Shown here in pieces: positions 9,069 through 19,235 of a stretch of 64,000 nt of DNA. The notes under the pieces are model-generated. The model made no database searches. It was not told the DNA's origin and saw only the letters and a list, made by a program, of their open reading frames with translations. Source of the stretch: a virus; the IMG/VR virus record IMGVR_UViG_3300009788_000098, positions 21,244 to 85,243 of that record; one strand, 5' to 3'. The translations under genes were made by a program, and so were the position numbers. The number at the start of each line of letters is the position of its first letter. Within the stretch, counting starts at the first letter, position 1.

Positions 9069-9824
9069 ATGACTGATAGAGTAATAGGACTGGATGTGTC
9101 CCGTTGGCAGGACAATCCCTACACCCCACAGGAGATTGACTTTGTAAAAGCGCGCGAGAATGGAACTGATTTTGTGTTCATCCGTGCCGGATTGGATAAC
9201 ACGGTAGACATAAACTTTGCCGATGCGTGGAGGGATGCGAAGAAGGCAGGGCTGTTGCGGGGGAGCTATTGGTATTATGATTACCGGTTCAATGCCTGGG
9301 CACAGTCCCAGAAGTATATTGGCACACTAGACGGTGATTATGGCGAGTTACCCCTGGTCGTTGATTTAGAAAAGAAGCGGGGCACAAAATATCCGAATCG
9401 CATGGCTTATCTTGTTGGCATCAAGGATTTCTTAGAAGGGCTAGAATTGCACATATCTGATAACCACTCAATAATGATTTATCTCAACCGCGGACTGATA
9501 AACTATCTCAAGCCCATACCTGAATGGCTGTTGGCATATGACCTTTGGATAGCCTGGTACCCGAACGCCTGGGCAAGGTTGCGGAATAGACAGCCCAAGG
9601 TATCACCATGGAAAAGGTACACGCTATGGCAGCACACAGATAGAGCGGATGGTCACGCATATGGCATGGAAAGTCGCCAGGTAGACGAGAACTACTTCAA
9701 CGGTTCATGGGAAGAGTTGCAGAACTACGCCACACATATCTCAATTGAGCCACCTACACCGCAACCGCCTACAGAGCTAACTAACCAGGAGAAGTTAGAC
9801 AGGCTATGGGAGATGCACCAGTAA
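9069..9824 (+). CDS. GH25 muramidase (endolysin)
   Basis: GLDVSRWQ, FVFIRA, PLVVDLE, LWIAWY, LWQHT, VDEN GH25 motifs. Confidence 0.9.
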   Translation: MTDRVIGLDVSRWQDNPYTPQEIDFVKARENGTDFVFIRAGLDNTVDINFADAWRDAKKAGLLRGSYWYYDYRFNAWAQSQKYIGTLDGDYGELPLVVDLEKKRGTKYPNRMAYLVGIKDFLEGLELHISDNHSIMIYLNRGLINYLKPIPEWLLAYDLWIAWYPNAWARLRNRQPKVSPWKRYTLWQHTDRADGHAYGMESRQVDENYFNGSWEELQNYATHISIEPPTPQPPTELTNQEKLDRLWEMHQ

Positions 9825-9934
9825 TGTGTTATAATGGTACACTATGGACACAAAATTATGGGACACAATACTATGCGTGATATTCGTGATTGCGGTTGTG
9901 GTGATAATTGTGCTTGCGGTGCTGGTGACATAGC

Positions 9935-10870
9935 ATGAAGATACTAATCACCGGCGGCGCAGGGTTCATTGGATCACACGTTGCAGACGTACTTGTCAGG
10001 CGTGGCGATAGAGTATTCACCATTGACAATTATACTACTGGGCGCTTTGAGAATACTAATGAAAGAACATTCGTCTTCGATGATAATATTGCCAATGGGC
10101 TTGCTGTCAGGGAGATATTTGAGAGCATTCGCCCCGATGTAGTTGTCCATGCTGCTGCGTCTTATGATGATCCTGATAATTGGTTCAGGGATGCAACAAC
10201 CAACGTGTGCGGGACTATCAATGCGGTCAAGATAAGTGATACATTTGATGTAAAGCGGTTTGTATATCTACAGACCGCACTGTGCTATGGGCTAAAACCA
10301 GAGACGCAACCCATCCCGATTGACCATGTCCTAAACCCAGTTGGCAGTTTCGCAATTTCCAAAGTGGCAGGCGAGAGATACGTGATGGAGAGCGACCTTG
10401 ATTGGGTATCGTTAAGGTTAGCTAACGTCTACGGGCCGAGAAGCGTGAGTGGGCCTGTACCGGCGTTCTGGAAGCGATTGAGCGAAGGCAAAGAGTGTTT
10501 TGTAGCGGATAGTCGTAGGGACTTCATCTATGTTGATGACGTGATACGTGTGATTGTGAAAGCTATCGACGGAAAGGGGGAAAGTGGTGTGTACCACGTG
10601 GCAACTGGACAAGATTGTCCGATACTAACATTGTATCAAGAGATAGTAGCTGCAATGGGATTGGATATGCCCGACCCTGAAGTGCAGAAACGAAGCCCTG
10701 ATGACGCGGCCACTATACTGCTAGATGCAACTGAAACAAGGGTGGACTTTGACTGGGATGCCGTGACACCACTGGACTTCGGTGTGCGGAAGGCAATTGC
10801 TTGGTACGAGGAGTGGGGTGTTGAGAAGACGTTTACGCATCTGGGCGACAAGGATAATGGGAACCACTGA
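9935..10870 (+). CDS. NAD-dependent epimerase/dehydratase (WbmG/WbmH-like SDR)
   Basis: ITGGAGFIG, HAAASYDDPDNW, QTALCYG, RLANVYGPR. Confidence 0.88.
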   Translation: MKILITGGAGFIGSHVADVLVRRGDRVFTIDNYTTGRFENTNERTFVFDDNIANGLAVREIFESIRPDVVVHAAASYDDPDNWFRDATTNVCGTINAVKISDTFDVKRFVYLQTALCYGLKPETQPIPIDHVLNPVGSFAISKVAGERYVMESDLDWVSLRLANVYGPRSVSGPVPAFWKRLSEGKECFVADSRRDFIYVDDVIRVIVKAIDGKGESGVYHVATGQDCPILTLYQEIVAAMGLDMPDPEVQKRSPDDAATILLDATETRVDFDWDAVTPLDFGVRKAIAWYEEWGVEKTFTHLGDKDNGNH

Positions 10871-10881
10871 GGGAGAATAGT

Positions 10882-11145
10882 ATGACAGAAGAAGCACTAA
10901 TAAGTATTCTTATGGGTACGCCAATCATAACGGAAGATTGTACTATCAAGCGTATTGATATACAGAAACACCCCTGCCCCTACTGCCACGGCATCACGTA
11001 TGACGACAGTCGAGGGCATTGTTGCGGGTGCGGTGCGCCACGAGAACAAGAGAAACCACCGCGAGGGCTTACGTTGATGAAGGGCGTTGAGAGTGCCACG
11101 CTCAAAGACGCGATGCTATCAGCTTGGTGGGAAGTTGCCAAGTAA
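10882..11145 (+). CDS. Zn-ribbon hypothetical protein
   Basis: GGGAG RBS, CPYC...CCGCG. Confidence 0.55.
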   Translation: MTEEALISILMGTPIITEDCTIKRIDIQKHPCPYCHGITYDDSRGHCCGCGAPREQEKPPRGLTLMKGVESATLKDAMLSAWWEVAK

Positions 11146-11234
11146 CACACAAACCGCCCCACATGAGCGGGGCAGCTTGCGCCAAAGTTTCCTTTGGGTG
11201 GGGGATTATAGGATTTTAACACACAAGTAGAAAT

Positions 11235-11534
11235 TTGTCAAGGAGAGATATGGTAGACGAATTGTCAGATGTAATGGGAAAGAAGTTGGTTGATGCTGAA
11301 GGATATGTGCCTGAAGGTGACGATTTACATTTTGAGATTACCAAGTTTATTTTTGAGGATGGAACAGAAGCATTTGCTGAGGGTAGCCACGATACTGTAT
11401 CGTTGTCATCATATTCTAAAAACAATGAGTATGAATTATCCAATGAAAATCTTGAGAAATGGCAAATATGTAATAATTGCGGAAATAGAATGATGTACGA
11501 TGGCAATAAATGGATATGTAGTGCATGGGTATAG
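11235..11534 (+). CDS. hypothetical protein
   Basis: AAGGAG RBS before ATG 11250, C-terminal CNNC...C. Confidence 0.55.
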   Translation: MSRRDMVDELSDVMGKKLVDAEGYVPEGDDLHFEITKFIFEDGTEAFAEGSHDTVSLSSYSKNNEYELSNENLEKWQICNNCGNRMMYDGNKWICSAWV

Positions 11535-13102
11535 CAATACCAGACAACCCCAGCGACATAGGCGTTCCCCACAATGAGTGGCGACGAGGACAGCGTTCTC
11601 TATTGGAGTCCTTTATACATAGCAAGGCAGAGTACGTCTTTACAGAAATTCCAACGGGCACGGGCAAGAGCGGGGTTGCGTGTGCTCTAGGTCACTACAA
11701 CAACGTCACGGTCTGCGTACACACATTGGCACTACTCACCCAATACGAGAACCAGTACGGGTTTTCAGTCGTGCGTGGCAAGCAAGAATACAATTGTGCT
11801 AATGTTGAGAAGGTTGATGCTTGGAGAGGGTTGCACAAGATAGTCCCGACTGTTGCTGATTGCACTTATAGTCCTATGAACAATTGTGAGTATTATTCTT
11901 ATTGCCCTTATCCACGTGCTAAACACCGTGCAACGCTTGCGGAACGATCCGCTTGTACCTATCGCTACATGGCATTGTCTGAGAGGATGCAAAATCGTAA
12001 CGGGTTTTTAGTATTTGATGAAGCTCACGATGCAGCAGAGGAGCTTATTGCTTTCAATCAGTTTGAGCTTGTCAACCGCAGATTGCAGAAGCATAAATTG
12101 CCATTGTTTCCTATACAAGAGTTTGGGGAAGATAACAAAGGGGATGTTGTGACACCTGTAGAACGAGGGGCGTTGCACAGATGGTTGCGTGAGTGTATCG
12201 GTCTGCTCAAAGTTGAAGCAGGTGACGAGAGCCGTGAAGCTGCTACAAGGAAACGCATGGAGAGCAGATTCATACGTATCGGTGGCGAGATAGCATCTGA
12301 TGATTGGTTCTTGCATATCACGGACAAAGGCTTCACTGTTTAGGCATTGAGTGCGCGCAGGATTGCGACCATAGTATCTGAGAAGAAAAGGCGTAAGTTG
12401 CTGATGAGTGCTACAATTGGCAAGCCGGCTCCCCTTGCGGGGGCATTAGGGATTAAGAACTATCAATCATATTCGCTTCCCCATCCTGTACCAGCTAAAT
12501 ACCGCCCTGTAGATGATTTAGGTGTGCCACGCATGACGCATCGTAATCTTGTACAGCAAGGTGATGGTCTGTTTGATGTGCAGGCAGGGTGCATCTGGGA
12601 GTGGGTTAGTATGTTTCCGAAACACTGGCGTGGTGTTATACTGACAACCAGTTACTATAAGATAGAACAAATAGCTAAACGATCACAGGGCAGAGGTCGC
12701 AGGTTGCTTGTCCAAGAACGGGGGGTGAAGGTCGGTGACGTAGTGAAACAGTTCATCAGCGATATGCGAGACGGCGATGTTATGATTGGCACAATACAAG
12801 GCATGGGAACGGGCATTGATTTGTTTGGCGACATTGCTCGGTGGTTGGTCATTGCTGGTGTTCCGCATGTAAACCCGACTGATAGGTATATGAAAGCTAG
12901 ACGTGACAAGGACGGGGGAGCGCACTATCAACGTTGGTTGACGTACAATGCGGTTGTACAGGCAGCAGGGCGTATCAGCAGGGGCGAACTGTTAGATGAC
13001 GGCTCGTTTATGACGAACTATGTTGCGATTGCTGATGGGTCTGCGATGACGGCTACTGCGTTGAGGTTCTATCCTGAGTGGTTCAAGGAAGCAATACAAT
13101 AA
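11525..13102 (+). pseudogene. DinG/XPD-family Fe-S helicase interrupted by in-frame TAG at 12341-12343
   Basis: PTGTGKS, Cys cluster and DEAH in first half; LMSAT, GTGID, QAAGRISR in second half; same frame. Confidence 0.8.
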
Positions 13103-13131
13103 TTGACATTCAAACCAAAACATGCTATACT
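13103..13131 (+). promoter_or_regulatory. promoter
   Basis: TTGACA-N17-TATACT with TG extension. Confidence 0.8.
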
Positions 13132-13136
13132 CCTAT

Positions 13137-13177
13137 AATCACCCCCCCCACTAGCCCTGCCCGTTGGCGGGGTTTTT
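13137..13177 (+). ncRNA. candidate ~40-nt small RNA with C-rich anti-SD-like 5' end
   Basis: promoter immediately followed by atcacccccccca and terminator gccctgcc-cgtt-ggcggggt-tttt. Confidence 0.5.
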
Positions 13178-13202
13178 GGGTGTGCAGTCATTGACTTATT
13201 CA

Positions 13203-13231
13203 TTGACTTATCGCATAGCATGTGGTATACT
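13203..13231 (+). promoter_or_regulatory. promoter of glycan biosynthesis cluster
   Basis: TTGACT-N17-TATACT; tandem duplication tcattgacttat at 13188-13211. Confidence 0.78.
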
Positions 13232-13269
13232 GAAATAGTAGCCCAATACTGTTGGGCAAGGAGAATTCT

Positions 13270-13896
13270 ATGAAAGACACATCAGTCATAATTTTGTGTG
13301 CAGGTCATCAAGAACGATGGGGCGATATATCTTGTAAGCATCTTGTGCCGATTGACAAAGAACCGTTGCTGTTTCGGACTGTGAAGCAATGCAAGAAGAT
13401 ATTTGGGGTTGAGCCTGTAGTTGCTACGCAGAATCCTTTGCTTGATAAGTTGTCTCGGCATAAGGGGTATGAATCTCATATACCGTTTATGTGCAGGTGG
13501 ACAGTTGAGACGCTTTCAAGCACTCTTGACCAGATTATATATTATCCAGGCGGAAATCCATTACCGATAATGATTGTGTTATTAGGTGATGTTTATTATA
13601 CTGATGTCACATTGAGGGTTATCAAGAAGGGCAATACATTAGTCTATGGCGATTCGTATGAAATATATGGGTTGAAACTTTGCAATCATAATAGGGCTAG
13701 AGTTGCCTTAAAGAAAGCAATTGCACATGCTGAAGAAGGGGGCACAGGTAAGCTGTGGGAGTTCTACCGTGCTTATATTGATATTCCCATGATGCCTCAT
13801 GTTGAGTGGTTGGATGTAGAGTTCACGTTTATTGATGATGAGACACAGGACTTTGATACTTATGAAGAATATAAACAGTTTATTGCAAATAGGTAG
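13270..13896 (+). CDS. sugar/phosphate nucleotidyltransferase-like protein
   Basis: IILCAGHQERWG..CKHLVPI.EPLL, LLGDVYY, DFDTYEEY. Confidence 0.75.
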   Translation: MKDTSVIILCAGHQERWGDISCKHLVPIDKEPLLFRTVKQCKKIFGVEPVVATQNPLLDKLSRHKGYESHIPFMCRWTVETLSSTLDQIIYYPGGNPLPIMIVLLGDVYYTDVTLRVIKKGNTLVYGDSYEIYGLKLCNHNRARVALKKAIAHAEEGGTGKLWEFYRAYIDIPMMPHVEWLDVEFTFIDDETQDFDTYEEYKQFIANR

Positions 13897-14124
13897 ATTT
13901 AGATGTTGGTTGCGCTATGTTCCGAACAGGATTATTGGATTTATTCTTTGGAACACTTCTCATAGTTTCATTTATCGTATTGCCAAACATGTAATGTGGC
14001 TTAAGACAGGTCATTATTGTGTGCTCTACAAGGACATAGCAGGAAGTACTGGAAAAGTTAGATGGTATCGGTGGGAGAAAGCCAGCAAACAATGTTCACT
14101 TCTTATCCCAGAAAGGTACAGGAC

Positions 14125-14850
14125 ATGAAAGTCATTATCCTTGCAGGCGGACGTGGTACAAGGTTAGGGCATGAGACAGATCGTATCCCTAAGCCGATGG
14201 TTGAGATTGGGGGGAAACCAATACTATGGCATATTATGAAGCACTATGCTCACTATGGGTTTAGTGAGTTTGTGGTTGCGGGGGGCTATCAAGTTGATAT
14301 AATCAAGCATTATATTTGGGACAGAGGGTGGAATAGCGATAGTGGTGTTTACCAAGTTGATGAGAATTTTGATGTACAGGTTATTGATACTGGCTTAGAT
14401 ACGCAAACAGGTGAGCGCATCAAGAGGTTGCAGCCCCTTATAGATGATACATTCATGGTTACATACGGTGACGGGGTAAGCAATGTCAAATTGGATAATC
14501 TCATCGCGTATCATGGCACTCACCCCTATACAGCAACCATGACAGCGGTACGCCCTCCATCTAAGTTTGGTGTGCCGAAAATCAACGAGCTTGGTTTCGT
14601 GGAAGAGTTTGCCGAGAAGCCGCGCGGGTGGATAAATGGCGGGTTCTTTGTATTTGAGCCAAGCCTGTTTGAGTATTTAGAAGACGGGGCATCTCTGGAA
14701 CAGCACACGTTATCAACACTTGCGCGCGAAGGTCAGTTGCTTGCATACAATCATTACGACTTCTGGCAATGTATGGATACGCCACATGATCGTGATAAGT
14801 TGCGTGAACTTTGGGATAGCGGTAATGCGCCGTGGAGGATATGGGAATGA
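14125..14850 (+). CDS. rfbF: glucose-1-phosphate cytidylyltransferase
   Basis: ILAGGRGTRL..ET..IPKPMVEIG, DTG..TQTG.R, TYGDG, WINGGFF, FWQCMDT, APW. Confidence 0.88.
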   Translation: MKVIILAGGRGTRLGHETDRIPKPMVEIGGKPILWHIMKHYAHYGFSEFVVAGGYQVDIIKHYIWDRGWNSDSGVYQVDENFDVQVIDTGLDTQTGERIKRLQPLIDDTFMVTYGDGVSNVKLDNLIAYHGTHPYTATMTAVRPPSKFGVPKINELGFVEEFAEKPRGWINGGFFVFEPSLFEYLEDGASLEQHTLSTLAREGQLLAYNHYDFWQCMDTPHDRDKLRELWDSGNAPWRIWE

Positions 14851-15053
14851 AGCGCGGTGATGCTCTCGACTACATCGTTGACATGCTCAATAGGGAAATC
14901 AAGAAACTCATTCCCAGAGCTGACATGGAGAAGAACCATGGTTGGTTTAGCGAAGCAGGGCGTATGGCATATAAGAAGCGTGGAAAATTGCAGGAAGTAC
15001 GTAAAGCAATGCTTGCAATACCGCGCATAAAACAGATGGAGTTATTTGAATGA
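14847..15053 (+). CDS. hypothetical protein ending QMELFE
   Basis: ATGA overlap with rfbF, GGAGG RBS. Confidence 0.55.
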   Translation: MKRGDALDYIVDMLNREIKKLIPRADMEKNHGWFSEAGRMAYKKRGKLQEVRKAMLAIPRIKQMELFE

Positions 15054-15156
15054 ATAGTCCTATATATTGTATTCCCGAGCATGTCTTGTTTTTTACATTG
15101 CTTATAGGATTTGTTATAGTTTTCGTTGTTGGGTACGGGTTAGGAGTTTCTAGGAA

Positions 15157-16197
15157 ATGAAAGTTTTAGTTACAGGACATAACGGTTACATAGGATCAGT
15201 CCTCGTTCCGATGTTACAGGAACATGGACACACAGTTGTCGGCATGGATGCTGATTGGTTCAAGGATTGCCTATTCACAGTTCCTCAATACAAATTGCAG
15301 GAAACAAAGCGTGACATTCGTACAGTCCATGATGAGAACGAACTCAAAGGTTACGATGCTATCATCTACCTTGCTAATTTGTGTAATGACCCGCTTGGCT
15401 GGCTCAATCCAACGCTCACCTACAAAATCAATCACGCCTGGTCAATGCGGTTTGCATACCGTGCCATGCTTGCAGGAGTTGAGAGATTTGTGTTTGCTTC
15501 CTCGTGTAGCGTGTATGGCAACGCAGATGGAGTTGTGGATGAGAGTTCTGAACTCAATCCGCTCACGCCTTACGCAGGTGCTAAATTTCGCATGGAGGAC
15601 AGTTTAGATGAATTCGGTGCAAGAGCACAAATGCTAAACCTTCCCTTCACGCCAGTATCATTACGCAACGCAACTGTCTATGGTGTTTCCCCTAGACTTC
15701 GCACAGACATTGTGGTCAATGATCTTGTGAAATCAGCATACGTAACAGGCAAGGTGACATTGTTGAGTGACGGCACGGCTATGCGTCCATTGGTGCATGT
15801 GCGGGATGTGTGCAGAGTCTTCGTCCTTGCGTTAGAAGCCCCGAAAGATGTTGTCCATAGACAGAAGTTCAATATCGGTTCTGAGAACCTTGCTGTACTG
15901 GAAATTGCCAAGATTGTTGCGAACATTACGGAAGCCGAGGTAGAGATTGGAACTAGCGGTGCAGACACACGTAGTTATGAAGTTGATTTTAGCAAGGCGA
16001 AACGCCAATTGAACTTCAAGCCTAATTGGGAGGCATGGGATGGTGTTGAAGAACTGTGGGATGCGTTTGAGGCAACATGCGTTGATGGGGTTCTTGCAGG
16101 ACATCCTATTGAGTGGTACAAGTTCAACCGCCTAAAGCGTATTCAATATCTGCAAGAATCTGAACAGATTGATTATAAGTTGTTTTGGAAGGAGTAA
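15157..16197 (+). CDS. NAD-dependent epimerase/dehydratase
   Basis: VTGHNGYIG, ASSCSVYG, YAGAK, LRNATVYG.SPRLR.D. Confidence 0.9.
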   Translation: MKVLVTGHNGYIGSVLVPMLQEHGHTVVGMDADWFKDCLFTVPQYKLQETKRDIRTVHDENELKGYDAIIYLANLCNDPLGWLNPTLTYKINHAWSMRFAYRAMLAGVERFVFASSCSVYGNADGVVDESSELNPLTPYAGAKFRMEDSLDEFGARAQMLNLPFTPVSLRNATVYGVSPRLRTDIVVNDLVKSAYVTGKVTLLSDGTAMRPLVHVRDVCRVFVLALEAPKDVVHRQKFNIGSENLAVLEIAKIVANITEAEVEIGTSGADTRSYEVDFSKAKRQLNFKPNWEAWDGVEELWDAFEATCVDGVLAGHPIEWYKFNRLKRIQYLQESEQIDYKLFWKE

Positions 16198-16200
16198 GAA

Positions 16201-16440
16201 GTGACAAAAGTATTGCATAATGTGTGTGATATATGTGGAAAAGACAGATTATGGAATGGTATTGCGGGATGGGCAGTTTTGAAACTGAAACCCAAAACTG
16301 AAGATGATAAAAAGACTTTGCTGTTTCAAGAATATTACAAGAATTACAGACAGTACTCTAGCAAAATGGATATATGTTATGTATGTACAAAAGAGTTTAT
16401 TGCTTGGTTAGCAAATCGAAAGCGGAAGGAACTGCAATGA
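16201..16440 (+). CDS. Zn-ribbon hypothetical protein
   Basis: AAGGAG RBS, CDIC...CYVC. Confidence 0.55.
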   Translation: MTKVLHNVCDICGKDRLWNGIAGWAVLKLKPKTEDDKKTLLFQEYYKNYRQYSSKMDICYVCTKEFIAWLANRKRKELQ

Positions 16441-17591
16441 ACTGTCGCTCATGTAACAGCACCGATTTACAACTCATCCTGGACTTGGGCGAGATGCCAT
16501 TGGCAAACGCCCTGCTAGAAACCCCCGATCAACTCTGCAAAAAATATCCACTAGACGTGTGGTTCTGCAACGATTGCACATTGGTACAAATTAGCGAGAC
16601 TGTTGCACCTGAGATACTGTTCAGTGACTATGCGTACTTTAGCTCGTACTCGGATACGGTTGTGCAGAATGCGGCAGAGTTAGTAGAACACGTGATGTGG
16701 AAATATGAACCCCAAACTGTAGTTGAGATTGGGAGCAACGATGGGTACTTGTTGCAACACTATCCAGAGGATATAAAGATACTTGGCTTTGAGCCAGCAG
16801 AGAACATTGCGAAGGTCGCTAATGCAAAAGGTATTAGCACAGATGCCTCGTTTTTTACCAAGCGGGTAGCACAAATCTTGTGTGTTATGCCAGCGGATAT
16901 TATCCATGCCAACAATGTCCTCGCTCATGTAGCAGACCTGAATGACTTCGTTGAGGGTATTGCAATACTTCTCGCAGACAATGGGACAGTCATTATCGAA
17001 GTCCCTCACGTCAAGGAATTAGTAACGCATTGCGAATTCGACACCATCTACCACGAACATCTATGCTACTTCTCAATATCGGCTATCCACAACTTGTTGC
17101 AACGACACGGGCTACACATTCATGCTGTTGAACCAATTCCCATTCACGGTGGGTCAATACGCATATTTGCCATGAAACGACCAAGTAGCTTCAAGATAGT
17201 ACACGATGAGACCTCATTGCCCAGTTATTACAAGGGGTTTGCAGAGGCGGTTGTTTGGTACAGAAATCACTTCAAGAAGTTCCTTGATGATTTGAGACAT
17301 GTCTGTGGCCCGATTGTTGCTTATGGTGCTGCCGCCAAGGGTGCGGTATTGCTGAACTATTGTGGCGTTGGTGCAGAGATACTGGATTATATAGTTGACC
17401 GAAGTCCACACAAGCAGGGGAAGTACATGCCGGGGGTACGATTGCCAATCTTTCCTGTGGAGATGCTGCTAGAAGATCAGCCTAACTATTGCCTTATCCT
17501 TGCGTGGAACCATGCTGATGAGATAATGAAGCAACTGTCAGAATATAAGGGGAAGTTCATTATTCCAATACCGAATGTGAGGGTTGTATGA
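16437..17591 (+). CDS. NDP-hexose C-methyltransferase
   Basis: CRSC...CNDC Zn site, EIGSNDG, FDTIYHEH, YGAAAKG, LAWN. Confidence 0.9.
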   Translation: MNCRSCNSTDLQLILDLGEMPLANALLETPDQLCKKYPLDVWFCNDCTLVQISETVAPEILFSDYAYFSSYSDTVVQNAAELVEHVMWKYEPQTVVEIGSNDGYLLQHYPEDIKILGFEPAENIAKVANAKGISTDASFFTKRVAQILCVMPADIIHANNVLAHVADLNDFVEGIAILLADNGTVIIEVPHVKELVTHCEFDTIYHEHLCYFSISAIHNLLQRHGLHIHAVEPIPIHGGSIRIFAMKRPSSFKIVHDETSLPSYYKGFAEAVVWYRNHFKKFLDDLRHVCGPIVAYGAAAKGAVLLNYCGVGAEILDYIVDRSPHKQGKYMPGVRLPIFPVEMLLEDQPNYCLILAWNHADEIMKQLSEYKGKFIIPIPNVRVV

Positions 17592-18109
17592 AGTTCATTG
17601 AGACCGAATTTGATGGCGTGTGGCTTATCAAGGCTGAACAACACTGGGACTTGCGTGGTGGCTTTGCTCGTGGCTTCTGCGCGAGAGAGTTTGAAGAACA
17701 CAACTTGCCTACTAAAATTGTCCAGACTAATTGGGCGTATGACCACAGAGAAGGAACTTGGCGTGGGCTACATTATCAAGTTGCCCCTCATAAAGAAGCC
17801 AAACTTATTGTGCCGGTGAACAGAATACACGATATTATTATTGACCTGCGCCCCAAGTCGGATACTTACATGGAGTGGGGTTCATTCGTGCTTACAGGGC
17901 GTACTATGCTCTACGTTCCAGAAGGGTTTGCGCATGGTCATCAGGCAATGGAAGATAATGTGCGTATCTTCTACCACATGTTCAACTATTATAATCCTGA
18001 ACATAAGAGGGGAATACGGCATGATGATTCAGCATTCAGAATGTGGTTGCCACTAGAGATTACAGCAATGTCTTTGCAAGACAAGCATTGGCCTAACTAT
18101 GAAGCGTAG
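17588..18109 (+). CDS. rfbC: NDP-4-keto-6-deoxyhexose 3,5-epimerase
   Basis: DLRGGF, RGLHYQ, DLRP.S.TY, YVPEGFAHG. Confidence 0.88.
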   Translation: MKFIETEFDGVWLIKAEQHWDLRGGFARGFCAREFEEHNLPTKIVQTNWAYDHREGTWRGLHYQVAPHKEAKLIVPVNRIHDIIIDLRPKSDTYMEWGSFVLTGRTMLYVPEGFAHGHQAMEDNVRIFYHMFNYYNPEHKRGIRHDDSAFRMWLPLEITAMSLQDKHWPNYEA

Positions 18110-19235
18110 CATACCTATCGCTGGCCCGTGGATTACCCAGAAGGAAATAGACTATGTTGCCGATGCTGTTGCAAATGCGTGGTATCAAGATGCCGGTATT
18201 TACCATGTGCGCTTTGAGAATGCGTTTGCAGAGTACGTTGGGCGCAAACATGCAATAGCACTCCCGACATGCACATCTGCAATTCACCTTGCACTATTAG
18301 CATTGGGAGTTGGCAAGGGCGATGAGGTTATTGTTCCTGAACTAACGTGGATTGCAACAGCAGCTCCCATTACTTATGTCGGTGCGACACCTGTGTTCTG
18401 CGATGTGGACAAAGATACGTGGTGCATGGACGTTGAGGCTTTGAAGATAGCAATAACACCAAGGACCAAGGCTATTATCCCTGTTGATCTCTACGGTGGG
18501 ATGCCCGACTATGATGAGATATTGAAGATTGCCAAGAAGCATAACATTGCTGTCATTGAAGACGCAGCCCAAGCTATCGGGTCTGAGTACAAGAAGCACA
18601 AAGCAGGCTCGTTTGGAACAGTTAGTTGCTTCTCGTTTCATGGTAGCAAGACGATGACTACGGGCGAGGGTGGAATGTTGGTTACTGACATGGACGAGGT
18701 ATATAACCGCGCATTACATTATCGTGACCATTGCCGTGAGGGTATATCATATCGAAGCGATGCAATCGGATACAAATATAAGATGTCATCCATGCAAGCG
18801 GCATTGGGGTTGGCACAGTTGGAGCGCATTGATGAGTTAGTTGAGAAGAAACTTAAATTGGCTGAATGGTATACTGATAGATTATGGAAGTGCAAAAAGA
18901 TAATTTGTTGGAACTTGGAAGCTTCTCACACGAAGAACTCGTATTGGATGACTTCAATCGTTATAGACTCTGATGAATATAATAATCCTGAGATATATCG
19001 AAACGAAGTGATGGAAGCATTAAAGGAAAGAAACATAGGTGTTCGTCCCGTGTTTTATCCACTGAGTCGCTTAGCAGCCTATGGTGCTTATTCTAAAGGT
19101 GAATACGTTAGTTATCGCAGTCCAAATGCCGACTATATAGGTCGGCGTGGTATCAGCCTTCCCTCAGCACTATGTCTGACAGAAGAAGATGTTGATTACG
19201 TGTGCAAGAACCTGCTGGAGATATTAGATGCGTAA
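18099..19235 (+). CDS. DegT/DnrJ/EryC1/StrS PLP aminotransferase (perosamine synthase-like)
   Basis: EDAAQA, FSFHGSKTMTTGEGG. Confidence 0.92.
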   Translation: MKRSIPIAGPWITQKEIDYVADAVANAWYQDAGIYHVRFENAFAEYVGRKHAIALPTCTSAIHLALLALGVGKGDEVIVPELTWIATAAPITYVGATPVFCDVDKDTWCMDVEALKIAITPRTKAIIPVDLYGGMPDYDEILKIAKKHNIAVIEDAAQAIGSEYKKHKAGSFGTVSCFSFHGSKTMTTGEGGMLVTDMDEVYNRALHYRDHCREGISYRSDAIGYKYKMSSMQAALGLAQLERIDELVEKKLKLAEWYTDRLWKCKKIICWNLEASHTKNSYWMTSIVIDSDEYNNPEIYRNEVMEALKERNIGVRPVFYPLSRLAAYGAYSKGEYVSYRSPNADYIGRRGISLPSALCLTEEDVDYVCKNLLEILDA

